Assembly: GCA_023213395.1 (NCBI GenBank)
Contig: CM041465.1
Span: forward strand, 249,123,741 to 249,187,740
DNA length: 64,000 nt
DNA from: Cycas panzhihuaensis
Lineage: Eukaryota > Plantae > Cycadophyta
Reading direction: 5' to 3'
Below the pieces are notes generated by a model. The model did no database searches, had not been told where the DNA came from, and saw only the letters and a program-made list of their open reading frames with translations. The translations under genes were made by a program, and so were the position numbers. This document shows, piece after piece, positions 13,901 to 27,236 of this stretch. Numbering within the stretch: the first letter of the stretch is position 1; every line of letters begins with the position of its first letter.

Positions 13901-16900
13901 AACACAATTCAAAATTTGGGAGACAATGGTAAAAGCTTTTCACATCAGATTTTAAACAATGAACAGTGAACTACCTAGATTTTCTAGTACAAAAAGTCCA
14001 GAAGAGCATATTAAAAATTATGTGAGAATATGGTAAGAACAACAAATCCCAAAGTGGGAATGGGTCCACAAATTGTCTATTACCCTTGCAGACACTAGCT
14101 AGATCTGGTATTAGTACTATGAAAATGAACAAAAGATTGAATAGGACACATTAACCAAAGATTTCATCCACAGTTTTTCATATCATAGTCTGTAGGCTAG
14201 GACGTTATACCATCAAGGGAAAGATACAAAATCCCATAAAAGAGTGCTTTCAAACAGGAAGAACCAAAACCTCTATTAGGGGAAGGCAGTCAAGGGGAGT
14301 TAAAAAATTTTCCTCCATCATATTCTGCATCAAAATATGAAGATAGGAAAATCAGTCAATCCCCAGCACATATATTGCAGTTACATGGAAAATCTGTAAA
14401 GGGGGGAGAATTAAAACTACAGAGGAACAACAATGGTTTAGAGGAGCAACCCAAGTACATCATTATGGGTGACTCTTAGGACCAAGAGACAATGTACCAG
14501 GCAACAACACTCTTTGTAGAATACAAAGATGTGTTTGCATGGTCCTATAACGACCTTAAGGGAATTCCCCTTGAATTGGGAGAACACAAAATTGAACTTG
14601 TAGAGAATGCAAAAGCAATGAGGGAACGTCCCTACAAAATGAACCAAGATAACGAGTCAAAGCTAAACTGATAAGTTACTAGAAGCAAGATAATTTTTCC
14701 CAATAGAAAACAACAAATGGGTCAACCCAATAGTTGTGGTACTCAAGAAGAACGGGAAATAAAAAGTATGCGTAGATGTCGGGGCACTCAACAAAGTTAT
14801 AAAACACAATCCATTCCCTATAACTTTCACAGAAGGTAGTCTTTTCATTCATTGATCAATCCAGTGGATAGAACCAGGTTTGTATTGCCCCAGAGAACCA
14901 ATTGAAGACCACTTTTGTCACAAGGTGCGGCACGTACGCATATAGAGTGGTGCCTTTCAACCTAATAAACGCACTAACCACCTTTAAACAAGTGATTCTA
15001 AACATTTTTTGACAAACTATAGGAAAACTAGTGAGGTTTTTCTAGATGATTGGACATTATATACTTTACTGAAAAATCATTTAGGTAATTCAAGACTAAT
15101 GTTTGAGATTTGCTGATAAAATAATCTCTATTTGAATCTCATTAAGTGCACTTTTATGGTACCATTTCACTCACTACTCAGACATATTGTGACAAAAAAG
15201 TGGCTTCTCACAAACCTAGCCAAGGTTGTGGTGATCTTGAACTTTCTAGTGCCCAAGACTACGAAGAATATGAAGGGACTTTTAGGCATGGCGGGGTATT
15301 CTCGCAAGTTCATTCGTGGATATGCCCAGATTGCCAACCCCTTGGAGTCCTTAAAAAACAATACCATAGGAATGGACACTGAAGCAACAACTGGCACTCA
15401 ATTTGTTAAAGAAAAAAGTGGCACAAGCACTAGTACTCTAGTTTCCCCATTGGGAAAAGACTTTTCATGTTCATGTAGATGCATCACTACATGCAATAAG
15501 GTGTGTACTACGTCAACCTGGAGAGGAGAATGTCCATCTCCCGATTTATTTTGATAGGAGAAAACTCACACAGGCAAAAAGGAATTATTTTGTTACTAAA
15601 CGTGAGAGATTGGGAATGGTTTACACCCTACAAAAGTTTTGGCATTACTTGCTAGCTAATCGCTTTGTGTTTTTTGTAGACCATCAAGCACTGCAATACC
15701 TGATCAACAAGCCTATTATGCAAGGGAGAATCAGTCGTTGGATAATGTTATTCCAAGACTTTTCATTCAAAATCATTCTAAAGAAAAGGCGAAATACATG
15801 TCATTCCTGACCAACTTTCTAGAATTGAAGAAGGAGAACAAGTGACAGGGATAATGGATGATTTTGTCGATCAAAAGTTATTTGCATTCGAAGTCGTACC
15901 ATCCTGATATGAAGGGATTGCGGAGTATTTCACAACAGCACAGACACCAATTGGACTAGATCGAGCAGAGCAAAAAAGCTTCGTCAAGAAAGCTTTTCCT
16001 TTTCAGTTAATATGCAGAATGTTATACAAACTAGGGCTAGATGAAGTTTTACAAAGATATATCTTAGAGCATGAAGTAAAGGATGTTTTGACGGAGGCTC
16101 ACGAGGGTGCAATATCCAATCACCATCGCAGTGAGAGCAAGGTTCAAAATTTTTTGTCAACAAGCCTATTGTGGCCTACGCTATTTGAAGATGCTAAGAA
16201 ATAGGTCAAGGCTTGTGATGTCTGCCAAAGGGTGGGCAAGCCAAGAAAACTTCATTTTATGCCATTGCATTCAATTTTGTGACAGGTCCCATTTGAAAAG
16301 TGGGGACTGGACTTCGTAGGACCCATCAACACACCAGCCAAGAGAACAAATGCAAGATATATTTTTGTTGCAACCGACTTACTAACTAAATGGACGAAAG
16401 CAAAACCTATGAAGACCTATGATACCTGGAGTATAGGCAAGTTTCTCTACGAAATGATAATCATTCGTTTTGGTTGTCCACATGCGATTGCCTCGAATCA
16501 AGTGAGCAATTTCCTGAATTAGACAATCAAACATTTGATAACAAAGTTTTTGGTCCAACATAGAAAATTCTCACCTTACCACCCAAGTGCAAACGACTAA
16601 GTGGAGAGCACGAACAAGATTTTCAAGCTAGCTTTAACAAAAATTTGAATCCAAAGTAAAACAGACTGGACTGAGAGATTGCACTTAGTTCTTTGGGCAG
16701 ATAGAACAATGATGAAAAGACTCCATAAGCAAGCATCATTTCAATTGGTATATGCTTTGAAAGTCGTTGTGCCATTAGAACTCCAAGTAGAAAGTCTGAG
16801 GATAGTAGTACAACTATGAACGGAGGAGGTGGATTCCCAAAATTATAAGCTCATAGAACTGATGAAGTTAAATGAGCAACAGGCAAGGGTATTATGGGAA

Positions 16901-17165
16901 CTTAGGGCCGAGAAGAAACAAGCGAAGGCCTAACGCAACAAGTATTTGAAGACAACCCAGTTCCAAGTTGGTGATTTAGTGTTGTTATATAATAGCAAGT
17001 TCTGGATTCCACCAAGGAAAATGAAAGTTCGTTGGCTAGGTCCCTATAAAGTCGACCAAATCTGGCAAAATGGGGTTATTCAACTCAACAAGCTCCCTTT
17101 GGCAAAGCTGATAAATGGTAGCAGACTCAAACTATATAGTTACTATAAAAAAGAAAGAAAAAATA
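10961..17165 (+). pseudogene. gag-pol of Gypsy A (many stops and frameshifts)
   Basis: Capsid FDGSRDLRDHL (~11390); CHLCSRWGHFHSNC (~12403); protease DGGSRVN (~13028) and LLMRPWL; RT EVFLDDW (~15033); RNase H FHVHVDAS and LQKFWHYLL; integrase CDVCQ, FEKWGLDFVGP (~16292), WLGPYKV (~17033). Confidence 0.9.
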
Positions 17166-17890
17166 GAGAGAATGTAAACCAAGGGGACAAATTTCCTTCA
17201 TCACGATTGGGATGCAACTTGATCACAATCCAGATTAATGTTTGTGACCTAGAATCATGACCAAGGATCGAGACCGATGCAACAAACGAAAGGATGGCCC
17301 AAATTTCATAGAGAAATGGTAATCAAAGTAAAAGACCAACTGTCAGGACCAAATTGATCGTGATAGTACATTAAAGATGCGATAGGCGGAAGGTGATATC
17401 GTAATCATGATTCAAGAATCACAATGAATGATGTCACAAGACTTGACAAAGGTGATTATTAATAACGAGTGACATCACTACCAACACGAACAACTACGAT
17501 AACTCCTCAACTCGACAGTAATAAATCCATTTTCCAATTCTAGGAGAAGGTAGCTCCAGTTTAAAAAGCACTGGCATAAAAAAGGGATTCTATGCATTAC
17601 AGCCAACAACAAAGACAACAATCAACAAACAACATTAAGCAAAATGGTAAATGGTGACAATATTCCAAATGTTAATATCACCTTTCAAGAGACTGACGAC
17701 ATAAGAATTTGCACAATATGGGCGGTAATGATTCTCGAAAAAAGATACTAACAAATGCAAATCTCTCTAGGCATATCATGGTAGGTGTACTTCCAATCGC
17801 ATTTAAATATTTAAGAACGATAACTATCATGGTAGCCACGCGTCCTTCCCTTTTAGATTGCTCTACAGAAGCAATTGCAAGGTTGACAAG

Positions 17891-18485
17891 TGTTAAACCT
17901 CATGATTTACCTTATGTTTATAATGTTAAGCTAGTGTACTTTCTATTTTTGTATTATGTCTGCACTTTCATGCTCATGTGCACTTTTGTACTTTAGGTGT
18001 GACTTATCACTTAAGTGATAAAGTACACACCCACTTTATGACTAGTGACACAATGTTGTCACTTATGTAACTTGAGGGTCAAATGACCCCATTGCATTTT
18101 TGCTCACACAAAGAGCCTCCAAAGGGACACATGTCAATCATCCAAGGCATGTATCTTGGATGTTTGACATTTGTCAAACATCCAAGGCCTTAGGTCTCTC
18201 ATCTCATTCTATATAATGAGACCTATTCCTCATTGTTGCTCATTCAAGAGTTGGAGCTCATTGTCAATCTATCAGTTTGCTAATCAAGCTGAAGGCATTC
18301 TTTGGTTGTTGGACTAATTCCAACACTTCATCTTGGGTATTGTGTCTTTGCTCCTAATTCTCCTTGAGTCTTTTGAATTCCTTTGAATTCTTTCTAGTTC
18401 TTTGTTATTTTTGCTTAATGCATTTATGGTATTGTGCTTTCATTTAAGATCTTGGGACTAATGTGGCTTAATGCCCATTCTAACA
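17891..18485 (+). repeat. 5' LTR of Copia C
   Basis: TGTTAAAC...TCTAACA; carries an 18-bp segment absent from the 3' LTR; rich in palindromes. Confidence 0.96.
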
Positions 18486-20852
18486 ATTGGTATCAAAGCT
18501 CTATGGTTGCTTGAGCTTTGATTTAATGATCTTGATTAAATTTGTTGGTGACTTGAAGATTTTTTGAAATTTTCTTGAGAGATTTCAGCACTTAATTTAG
18601 TCATTTCTTGGCTCCTTTCTTGGCCTATTTCTTGGCTTTAATTCTATCCTCTCATCACATTCTTGGCAATTTTTTGGCACACATTTCTTGCTCAAAAATT
18701 TTGTGGACAGGAGGATTTTCAAGGAAGATTTTGTGCCTGCATTTAACTCTCAGTACTTAATCCCCGCCCATTTAATCCTCATCTCTAGCCCATCTCAGAC
18801 ACATCATGGCCCATTAAATGGGACAGCACCTGCTCTCTGACTGATTGCTATGCTTGGCTGCACTCTTGTACCTCCTGCTGTGGAAGGATCATCACGCCCT
18901 CTAACTGCTCTTAAGGCGCTCTCGGTCTGTCCACCCTCTATCCTTATTGATGTACCTCATCTTGGAAAGAATTCTGCACTTACACCTAGCTGCCCACTAA
19001 GGGCCTGCTGCACCTGTGCCTCTGTCCCCATACAGACCCTGCTCATAAGACTCTGTCCACAGAGCACACTCGGACAGCAAGAAGCTTCTCACAGGCCCGC
19101 ATCTCTGGAAACCCTGCACGGGAGGACACAGACTGGACAGACCCGTACGGGTCTCACAAAGCATCTGCTCGCATCTGCACTGGAGAAACTCCCGCTCACG
19201 TGAACCCACTGCTCACCCGCACGGACAAGATAGACTGCGCAGACACACGGACGGAGAGAAGTGCAGCGTCAAGGCTCGCACGGACTGCAAGAAGCACAGC
19301 AGACCAGAGACCCGCAGACGCGGGAAGAAGAGGAAGCTTCTGGAAGCCCCTGCACAACACGTGACGGGGAGTCGCACCGCGCACGGTCGACTGCTCAGGT
19401 GGGGCCCGCAAGGCCACGTGGAATTCACAGCTCAGCGCTCAGTGGGGCCCGCAGAGCCTTGGGAACAGCGCCCGTGGAGACGGAAAGATCGGGATAGTCG
19501 TCGCCCGATTTCATTTTTGACAGAAATCGATTTTTTCCGATTTTCTTTAGGTTTTATAACCTTAGAACATGCACTTTGGAATATTCCAAGGAATATTCTT
19601 CTTTTAATTGAGAACACTTTTGCTAAAGTCTATTTTTAAGTGAGCTGCTCAATTAATTAATCAAGGCCTAAGAGTTGTTTGTTATGCCTTAGAGAATTTT
19701 TTGAGCAAGGGGGGGGCTTAATGCCTTTTAATGCTACATGAGGCTCAGCCATTTCAAATTTTAAGCATCATTAAAGCCTTAAAAACTTTAAGATTCTTTT
19801 TTTCATGAGATTTAATCTCATTTCTTAAAGTTTTTTTTAGTTCACTAAAGTACTTTTTTGGTACTTAACTTGATTAAAATCTTCTTGATCAAAAGAGGAC
19901 TCAACGAATGACACATGCCAAGTCATTCTCCTCTTATTGAAGTTCAATGTTGCTTGATTTAAATGCCTAAAAAGACTCCCTGCGAGGTGTTCTAAGGAGG
20001 CAAAGTTGTTAAAAAGTTGATTTTCAGCACTTGTTTTATGCCTTTTTAAGCTCATTTAGCACATTGTTTCATGCTATTAAAGCACCTTGAGCTTAATTAA
20101 AGTGATCAAAAGGCATATTTACATTGTAAAGGTGAGAAACATCACCATCTAAGTTCATTCTTTTGCACCTTGCATGGTGACCTTGGCCTTCAAAAGTTCA
20201 AAAAGGAAGGCTCAACTTGACACTTCATAAAATCACAATTTTCTTGTTGGATTGTTGAGACCTTTTTAAAGTCTCAACAACTGCTGCGTGGAGTTTGTGT
20301 TGGCTTTGGAGCATTTTTGAGTACACCTTGCTAGTGGCTTCTTCACTTCATCAGATTTGGAGGGTTAAAAGGAACCCATTTCTGTTATCTTCATCAAAGG
20401 TTTCTTGCATCACTTTTTTTTCACTAAGTACTCAAAGTACTTAAATCATTGTACTCAAGCATACAAAGCACCTTACTTGGATCATAAAACACTTAAAAAT
20501 CATTTAATAAAAGTGCTCATTCTCTCATGTAATTGCTTCTTCAGAAGCATTCATTGTAAGCCAAAAGGCATAGCATCAAAATCCAAGTAAAAGGACTCTA
20601 AAAATTCACTTAAAATTTGTTTAAAAGTGAATTTAAAATCTGGTTGGAAAGGCTCGAAAAAGGTTGAATCCTTGCCTCTGCTACACTTAACCTTGGGTCA
20701 ACTCAATAGCCGAAGTCCTCCACCTCTCTTCACTCCACCAGTTGTTGGATCTTCTTGTAAAATCAGATCGGTGGTGTTGTTTGGAGGTGGAACTTAAGCG
20801 ACAAAGCTTTGAAGTCACCAAGTTATTTGTTAGCTCTTAATCAAGTGGAAAG

Positions 20853-23800
20853 ATGGCTGCCATAAACATGCTCAATGCATGCACCATAAGGCTAACAAGG
20901 CAATCAAATTATCAAGAATGGAAAAGAATCACAAAAAATCTCTTGATAATGAATGAATTTTGGGGATACGTTTCTGGTAGAATCCCGAATCCTGCAGCTG
21001 TGGATAATAATGAAATTCAAGTTGATGATGAACATGTTGCTACATGGGAGGCCAAAGACGAAATTGCTTTGGCATTTATTCGTATGGTTGTGGATATTCA
21101 TGTAGATCAAAATATTTCTTCTGCAAAATCTTCTAAAGAAGCATGGGACGCATTGTCCTCTTTGTATGAAAGGCGAGATGAAGCTCGCATTTTGATGATA
21201 AAAGCCAAATTGTATTCTATCGAATTTGTAAAGCCAATGTCGGCATTTTTGTCCTCCATTAAGGAGGTTTGTAATGAATTGAATACTTTAGGTAGTCCTA
21301 CTACAAGGGATGAAATCGTCGCATCCATCACAGAGGCATTGCCAAAGGACTACAATGGCTTTATATCATCAACTACACGAGATGGTTCACTAAGGGAGAT
21401 GACATTCAATGAACTTGAAAGCTTATTGCTTCAAGAAGAACAAATTTATGCTAAGGATAATGAAGAACCATCTACAACAGGTGCTTTCACAGCAAAGGCA
21501 AAGGCAAATCAAAAATCCAAACCTGCATTCACAAAGCAGTTTGGAAACATGAACATTGGATCTTCTAAGTCCAATGTCGTGTGTCATTATTGTGGCAAAC
21601 CTGGCCACATTGCACCTGATTGCAGAAAGAAGCAGGCAGATCTACGAAGACAACAGCAGCAGCAGCAGCCACAGGGTCAAAGACAACAGCAGCCACGACA
21701 ACAGTTTCAACAAAGATTCCAATAGCCAGATCAGCAGCAAAATCCCCCTCGACCAAATCGAGGTGCCTATCGAGGACGTCCAAGAGGAAGCGGGGGTCAA
21801 AGAGGTGGCTACCAACGCCACTTTAATCAGTTTGCCAATGAAGACAAACTGTTTTGTGCATACCAATCATCCAAGGTTGATAACACTTGGATCGTCGATT
21901 CAGGAGCTTCTCAACATATGACGGGGAGTGAAGAACTCCTATGCAACATCAAGGAAGGTAAAGGTCAATCAGTGACCTTTGGAAACAATGAATCGCTTGA
22001 GATTTCGTGAATAGGCACTATAGCTCCTTTTCATTCTTCACAAAATCCTTCCTCATCATTTCCCAACAAAGGATGCCTACTTCATTCCTTCCATGGAGAA
22101 GAATCGCTGCTCTGTTAGCCATTGAACAAGCAAGATGAGCGTACTATTCAAAAATGGGAAATGTATCATTTGTGACAAAGATGACCAGATCGTAGCTGTT
22201 GCCTATGAGGATCAAGGTCTTTATAAGTTGGATGCCAATAACATTACTCTTGATTCTACTTACTCTGGTTCCACATCTTTGTCAAAAATTCAATTATAGC
22301 ATCAACGTCTAGGACACTTAAGCCTAGACAATTTGAAGCAGATGCTAAGCAAAAACATGGTGTATGGGCTTCCAAAGATGTATGGTTCAAAATGTCTTTG
22401 CGAAGCTTGCATAATGGGGACATAACATCGGTTGCCTTTTCCTAAAGGCAAAGCATGGTGTGCATCTTGTCCTTTGCAATTAGTTCACTCAGACTTGTGT
22501 GGACCCACGTCCACTCAATCCTTTGGAGGAGCATTGTATTACATATCTTTCATTGATGACTTCTCTCACAAAGTCTGGGTCTACTTCCTAAAGCAAAAAT
22601 CAGAGGCCTTCTCCAAGTTCAAAGAGTTTAAGGCGGAAGTAGAAAATGAATCTGGCTACTCAATTGGCACATTAAGGTCAGATAATGGAGGTGAATTCAC
22701 TTCGAATGAATTCAACCAATTTTGCAAGGATAATGGAATTCAGAGACAACTCACAGCTCCTCATACTCCTCAGCAAAATGGAGTCTCCGAGAGGATGAAT
22801 AGAACTTTGGCTAATAAAGCCAAAACAATGATGTATGCAAAAGGGCTTCCAAGAGCTTCTTGGGTCAAGCATTTCATACAGCAGCCTATATGGCCAATCG
22901 AAGTCCTACAACAGCAGTCACCGATATCACACCTGAGGAGGCATGGACTGGTAAGAAGCCAACTATCAGCCATTTGAGGACATTCGGTGTACTGCGTATA
23001 TGCACATACCAGATCAACAAAGAACAAAGTTGGACAAACATAGCCTTAAATGCATCTTTGTAGGATATGCAATCCATAGCAAAGCCTACAAGTTATATGA
23101 TCTAGTTGGGAGAAAAATGCATCTTTCAAGAGATGTAATCTTTGTTGAGGATGATCAAAAAGAGTTGGATATGGCATCAATCCAACCCCCCATTGACAAA
23201 GGTAAAAAGATTGATGAGGACTTCCCTTCCTCTCAATCTTATACACCATGTTCTTCATCTGCACCTCCTGTACCATCTACTTCATCTTCATCTGCTCCAC
23301 TTGAACCTTCCACTTGATCTTCTGTTGATCCTTCACTTAGACCAGAAGATATTGAGGTTCATGCCACATCATTTCGTGGTTACCAAAGTGGTATACTCAA
23401 ACAGTGCAGGACGGCCATATCATTGAAGGAAAGCGACATCAAAGTATAGGCAGCAAACAAACTTTGCACTTATGGCTGAAGTGCTTTCTATTGATGAGCC
23501 TACTACTTTTGCAGAGGCTTCACAAAGTGATAGTTGGAAAGCTGCCATGGATGAGAAGATTCACTCCATTCACAAGAATGGCATATGGGATTTGGTCAAA
23601 TTGCCTCCACACAAACAGGCAATTAGTTGTAAATGGGTCTACAAGACCAAATTTCATTCTGATGGGACACTCAAGCATCAGAAGGCAAGACTTGTAGCAA
23701 AGGGGTTCAAACAAAAGGAAGGAATTGATTATGAGAAGACCTTTGCACCTGTAGCAAACATGAACACCATCAGACTTCTCATGGCCTTAGCTGCACAATG

Positions 23801-25031
23801 CAAATGGCCCGTGTATCAGATGGACGTGAAGAGCGCCTTTCTCAATGGCGATCTTCAAGGGGAGGTATACTTGGAGCAACCTCCTGGTTACAAGGAACAA
23901 GGCAAGGAGCATTTGGTATGTCGCCTCAAGAAGGCTTTGTATGGCTTGAAGCAAGCTCCTAGGGCATGGTACGCAAAAATCGATGAATACTTTTTGAGAC
24001 ATGGGTTTCATCGATCCATATCTGATCCTAACTTGTATATCAAACATGAGCAACACCATGTCATTTATATTGCCTTGCATGTAGATGACTTAGTGATCAC
24101 GGGTGATGACACTAAGCTCATCAATGTTCTCTAGGATGATTTGAAGAGAAGTTTCGAGATGACTGATCTTGGACTTCTCCATTATTTTCTAGGCTTTGAG
24201 GTATGGCAGCAGCCAGGCTATATCTTCATTTCCCAAGCAAAATATTCTTGGGACATCTTGCAGTGATTCAGGATGCACGACTGCAAGACGGCGCCTACGC
24301 CCATGGAGAACGGCACCAAGCTTTCTCCTAATGAGGAAGCTGAACCAGCAGATCCCACTCTTTATCGACAGTTGATTGGTAGCTTGATATATCTCACCAA
24401 CACTCGTCCAGACATCTCATTTGCGCTGGGATTTGCTCTCGTTTCATGTCTCAACCCAATCAAGCATTGAAAGCAAAACGCATACTCAAGTATATCAAAG
24501 GAACATTGCAGCTTGGACTTGAGTATGTACATAATGAGAACTTCACTTTGGAAGGGTTCTCTAATTCTGATTGGGCAGGATGCCAGGATAGCAGGAAATC
24601 AACCTCGGGTTACTGTTTTACCCTTGGTTCAAGAATGTTTCACGGGTTGCAAGAAGCAACCAAATGTTACCTTGTCCTCCACTGAAGCAGAGTACAAAGC
24701 TGCGGTCATATGACTTGTGAGGCTATCGGCTTGACGGATTCTGTGTGAGCTTGGATTTCAGTTGATGGTGACCAGCATTCATTGTGACAATCAGAGTGTC
24801 CTCAAGCTAACTAAGAATCCTATCTTCCATGCACAGACCAAACATATTGAAGTTCACCACCATTTCATTAGGGAGCACGTACATAGTGGTGAGATCACTC
24901 TTCAATATCGACCAACGGAGCAGCAGACGGTAGATATCTTTACCAAGCCACTTGGTAGAGACAAATTTGTAAAATTTAGAGATGGTCTAGGGTTCCGACT
25001 TAACATTATAAACAATAAGGGGGGGTGTTAA
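20853..25031 (+). pseudogene. gag-pol of Copia C (frameshifted)
   Basis: Gag with CHYCGKPGHIAPDC and Q-rich tail; protease WIVDSGASQHM; integrase LVHSDLCGP..LRSDNGGEF..PQQNGVSER; RT QMDVKSAFLNG..LHVDDL; RNase H SDWAG..HIEVHHHFIRE; INT before RT. Confidence 0.95.
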
Positions 25032-25601
25032 ACCTCATGATTTACCTTATGTTTATAATGTTAAGCTGATGTGCTTTCTATTTTTGTATTATGTGTGCAC
25101 TTTTGTACTTTAGGTGTGACTTTATCACTTAAGTGATAAAGTACACACCCACTTTATGACTAGTGACACAATGTTGTCACTTATGTAACTTGAGGACCAA
25201 ATGACCCCATTGCATTTTTGCTCACACAAAGAGCCTCCAAAGGGACACATGTCAATCATCCAAGGCATGTATCTTGGATGTCTGACACTTGTCAAACATC
25301 CAAGGCCTTAGGTCTCTCATCTCATTCTATATAATGAGACCTATTCCTCATTGTTGCTCATTCAAGAGTTGGAGCTCATTGTCATTCTATCGGGTGCTAA
25401 TCAAGTCAAGGCATTCTTTGGTTGTTGGACTAATTCCAACACCTCATCTTGGGTATTGTGTCTTTGCTCCTAATTCTCCTTGAGTCTTTTGAATTCCTTT
25501 GAATTCTTTCTAGTTCTTTGTTATGTTTGCTTAATGCATTTATGGTATTGTGCTTTCATTTAAGATCTTGGGACTAATGTGGCGTAATGCCCATTCTAAC
25601 A
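25026..25601 (+). repeat. 3' LTR of Copia C
   Basis: Direct repeat of 17891-18485; contains a perfect 24-bp palindrome at 25119-25142. Confidence 0.96.
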
Positions 25602-27236
25602 ACAAGTCTATCAAACCGAGGAGAAGATATTCCATGACACAAACAGATTCCAACAAAGCAGGTAGCAAAACAAATCAAGGCAGATGTGGCAGATATCTCT
25701 AGGTCAGGAATTAGTATTTCAAGAATCCGCTTAGAGGAACAAAGGTGGATCTCTCATTTTCTCTTTACAAGAGTGATTTTTAGCCAGAAAATCTTATTTG
25801 TGCCAACCAATCTCCACTCTATGTTATTGCATGTTGCAAAAGGGGTACAATTTAATTAGCCTAACCTGATTTTGTTTCCAAACGCCTCTAAAAGAACCTG
25901 GAGAGTAAAAAATACACGACAATTGGTAATGTTTTTTCATTCAACATTACTACAAGGATTGTTATTTTCACAGTGCCCAGGTATCCAATTACCAACCCCT
26001 ACTAAAGGACAACCACCATTGGCTAGATTAATTGAAGTTTTTTGTAAGGATAATTCACGGGATTCTATGATTTTAGTTCAAATGCAGCAAAAGGTAAACT
26101 CTTGGCTTTATTAGAAATGGTAGAAGGCAACTCAAGAATCATCTCTGGTTAAAACAATAATCAATGAGAAAGAAGATGAACTGCGAGAAGAGGCACCCTT
26201 GCAGGTCCAAACTAGACAACAGGTAAAGCTCCAAGAGAAGAAAAAGGAGAAAGAAAAGAACAAAGTGGAAGAAATAGAGTAACAGTTTAGGATATGGAAA
26301 AGGAATATGGAACCAGAGTTGCGGACCATTGCTAAAGAAGAAGCCCAAAAACAACTAACCCAGTTAACATAGAGCCAATATAATCAAAATATGATGGACA
26401 ATAAGGCAAGAAATTAATGGCGGAGAAGCGAAGGCAAGAAATTGGTGAACAAATCAACCAACAACCTACGGAATTTGAGTATTGTCCAGATGAACAAATC
26501 TTGGAAGAAGGACTCAACCTGATGGTTTCTGATCCACATCATATTTCATAATGGAAAACATCCTTTTTAGTATGGATGACTCAGCTACAAGGTTGGTCAT
26601 GTAGATTGCCACAAGACTTACAGAGAGTTGCTAAATTAGAAGATAAGTTGCAGGTCATTGAAGGGAAGTTGGAATTCTTGAATTTTTTTATGATTGATTA
26701 GGTGGATTATGTTAATGAGGTTAATCCCCAATTAAACAAACTTAAGAAGCAATTTAGCCAACAAATTCATGCAAATTTACAAGATGATGTTTATAAACTG
26801 AGCACTTAGATTCTAAAAGGTGATGAAGAAACTAAGCAATGCAGTAAATTATCGAGTCGGATCCATGCCTATAAGTCCAAGCTACAAACTATGCACACAA
26901 TCAATCAAGAGTTGTACACAGAGAAAGCACAACTACAATCTGGAGATTTACCAAATATGAAGCAGCTAAACGCACTCCAAGATCTATTGATTCTACGTGA
27001 TTACATTAAGTCCAAGGGCTTCTCATTACCTCCTACTATTGTACAGTCAAATCACTTGTATATTAAGTGGGAAGTTCCAAAGTTGAAAGAAGCCTGAGAG
27101 GAGATGCAAGAAAATATTGGGCAACAAGGCCAAAGCTCCCGACGGGCTTAGATTCAAAATTTGGGGAGGTAGGGAATGGGAAAATTTTGAAATTTTGTAC
27201 AAGTGAGGACACTTGTTAGTTTTGTGACAAGGGAGA

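Larger units (their letters stand above)
17891..25601 (+). mobile_element. Full-length Ty1/Copia element C nested in Gypsy A
   Basis: Highly similar LTRs 17891-18485 and 25026-25601; perfect TSD ACAAG (17886-17890, 25602-25606); PBS TGGTATCAAAGC 18488-18499; PPT AAGGGGGGG before 25026. Confidence 0.97.
17644..27150 (+). pseudogene. Extra 3' ORF of Gypsy A (17644-17890 + 25607-~27150), split by Copia C
   Basis: Removing C and one TSD rejoins the frame AIARLTS|LSNRGEDIP; continues as WISHFLFTRVIF..LLHVAKG, then a long E/K/Q-rich coiled-coil-like region. Confidence 0.6.

Noticed and set aside
18850-19639. Cluster of overlapping 60-117 aa ORFs
   Set aside because: Expected from high GC in the Copia leader; no recognisable motifs.
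21950-24760. Frameshifts in Copia C as programmed recoding
   Set aside because: Scattered small indels and stops in conserved domains fit decay or assembly error, not a slippery site.
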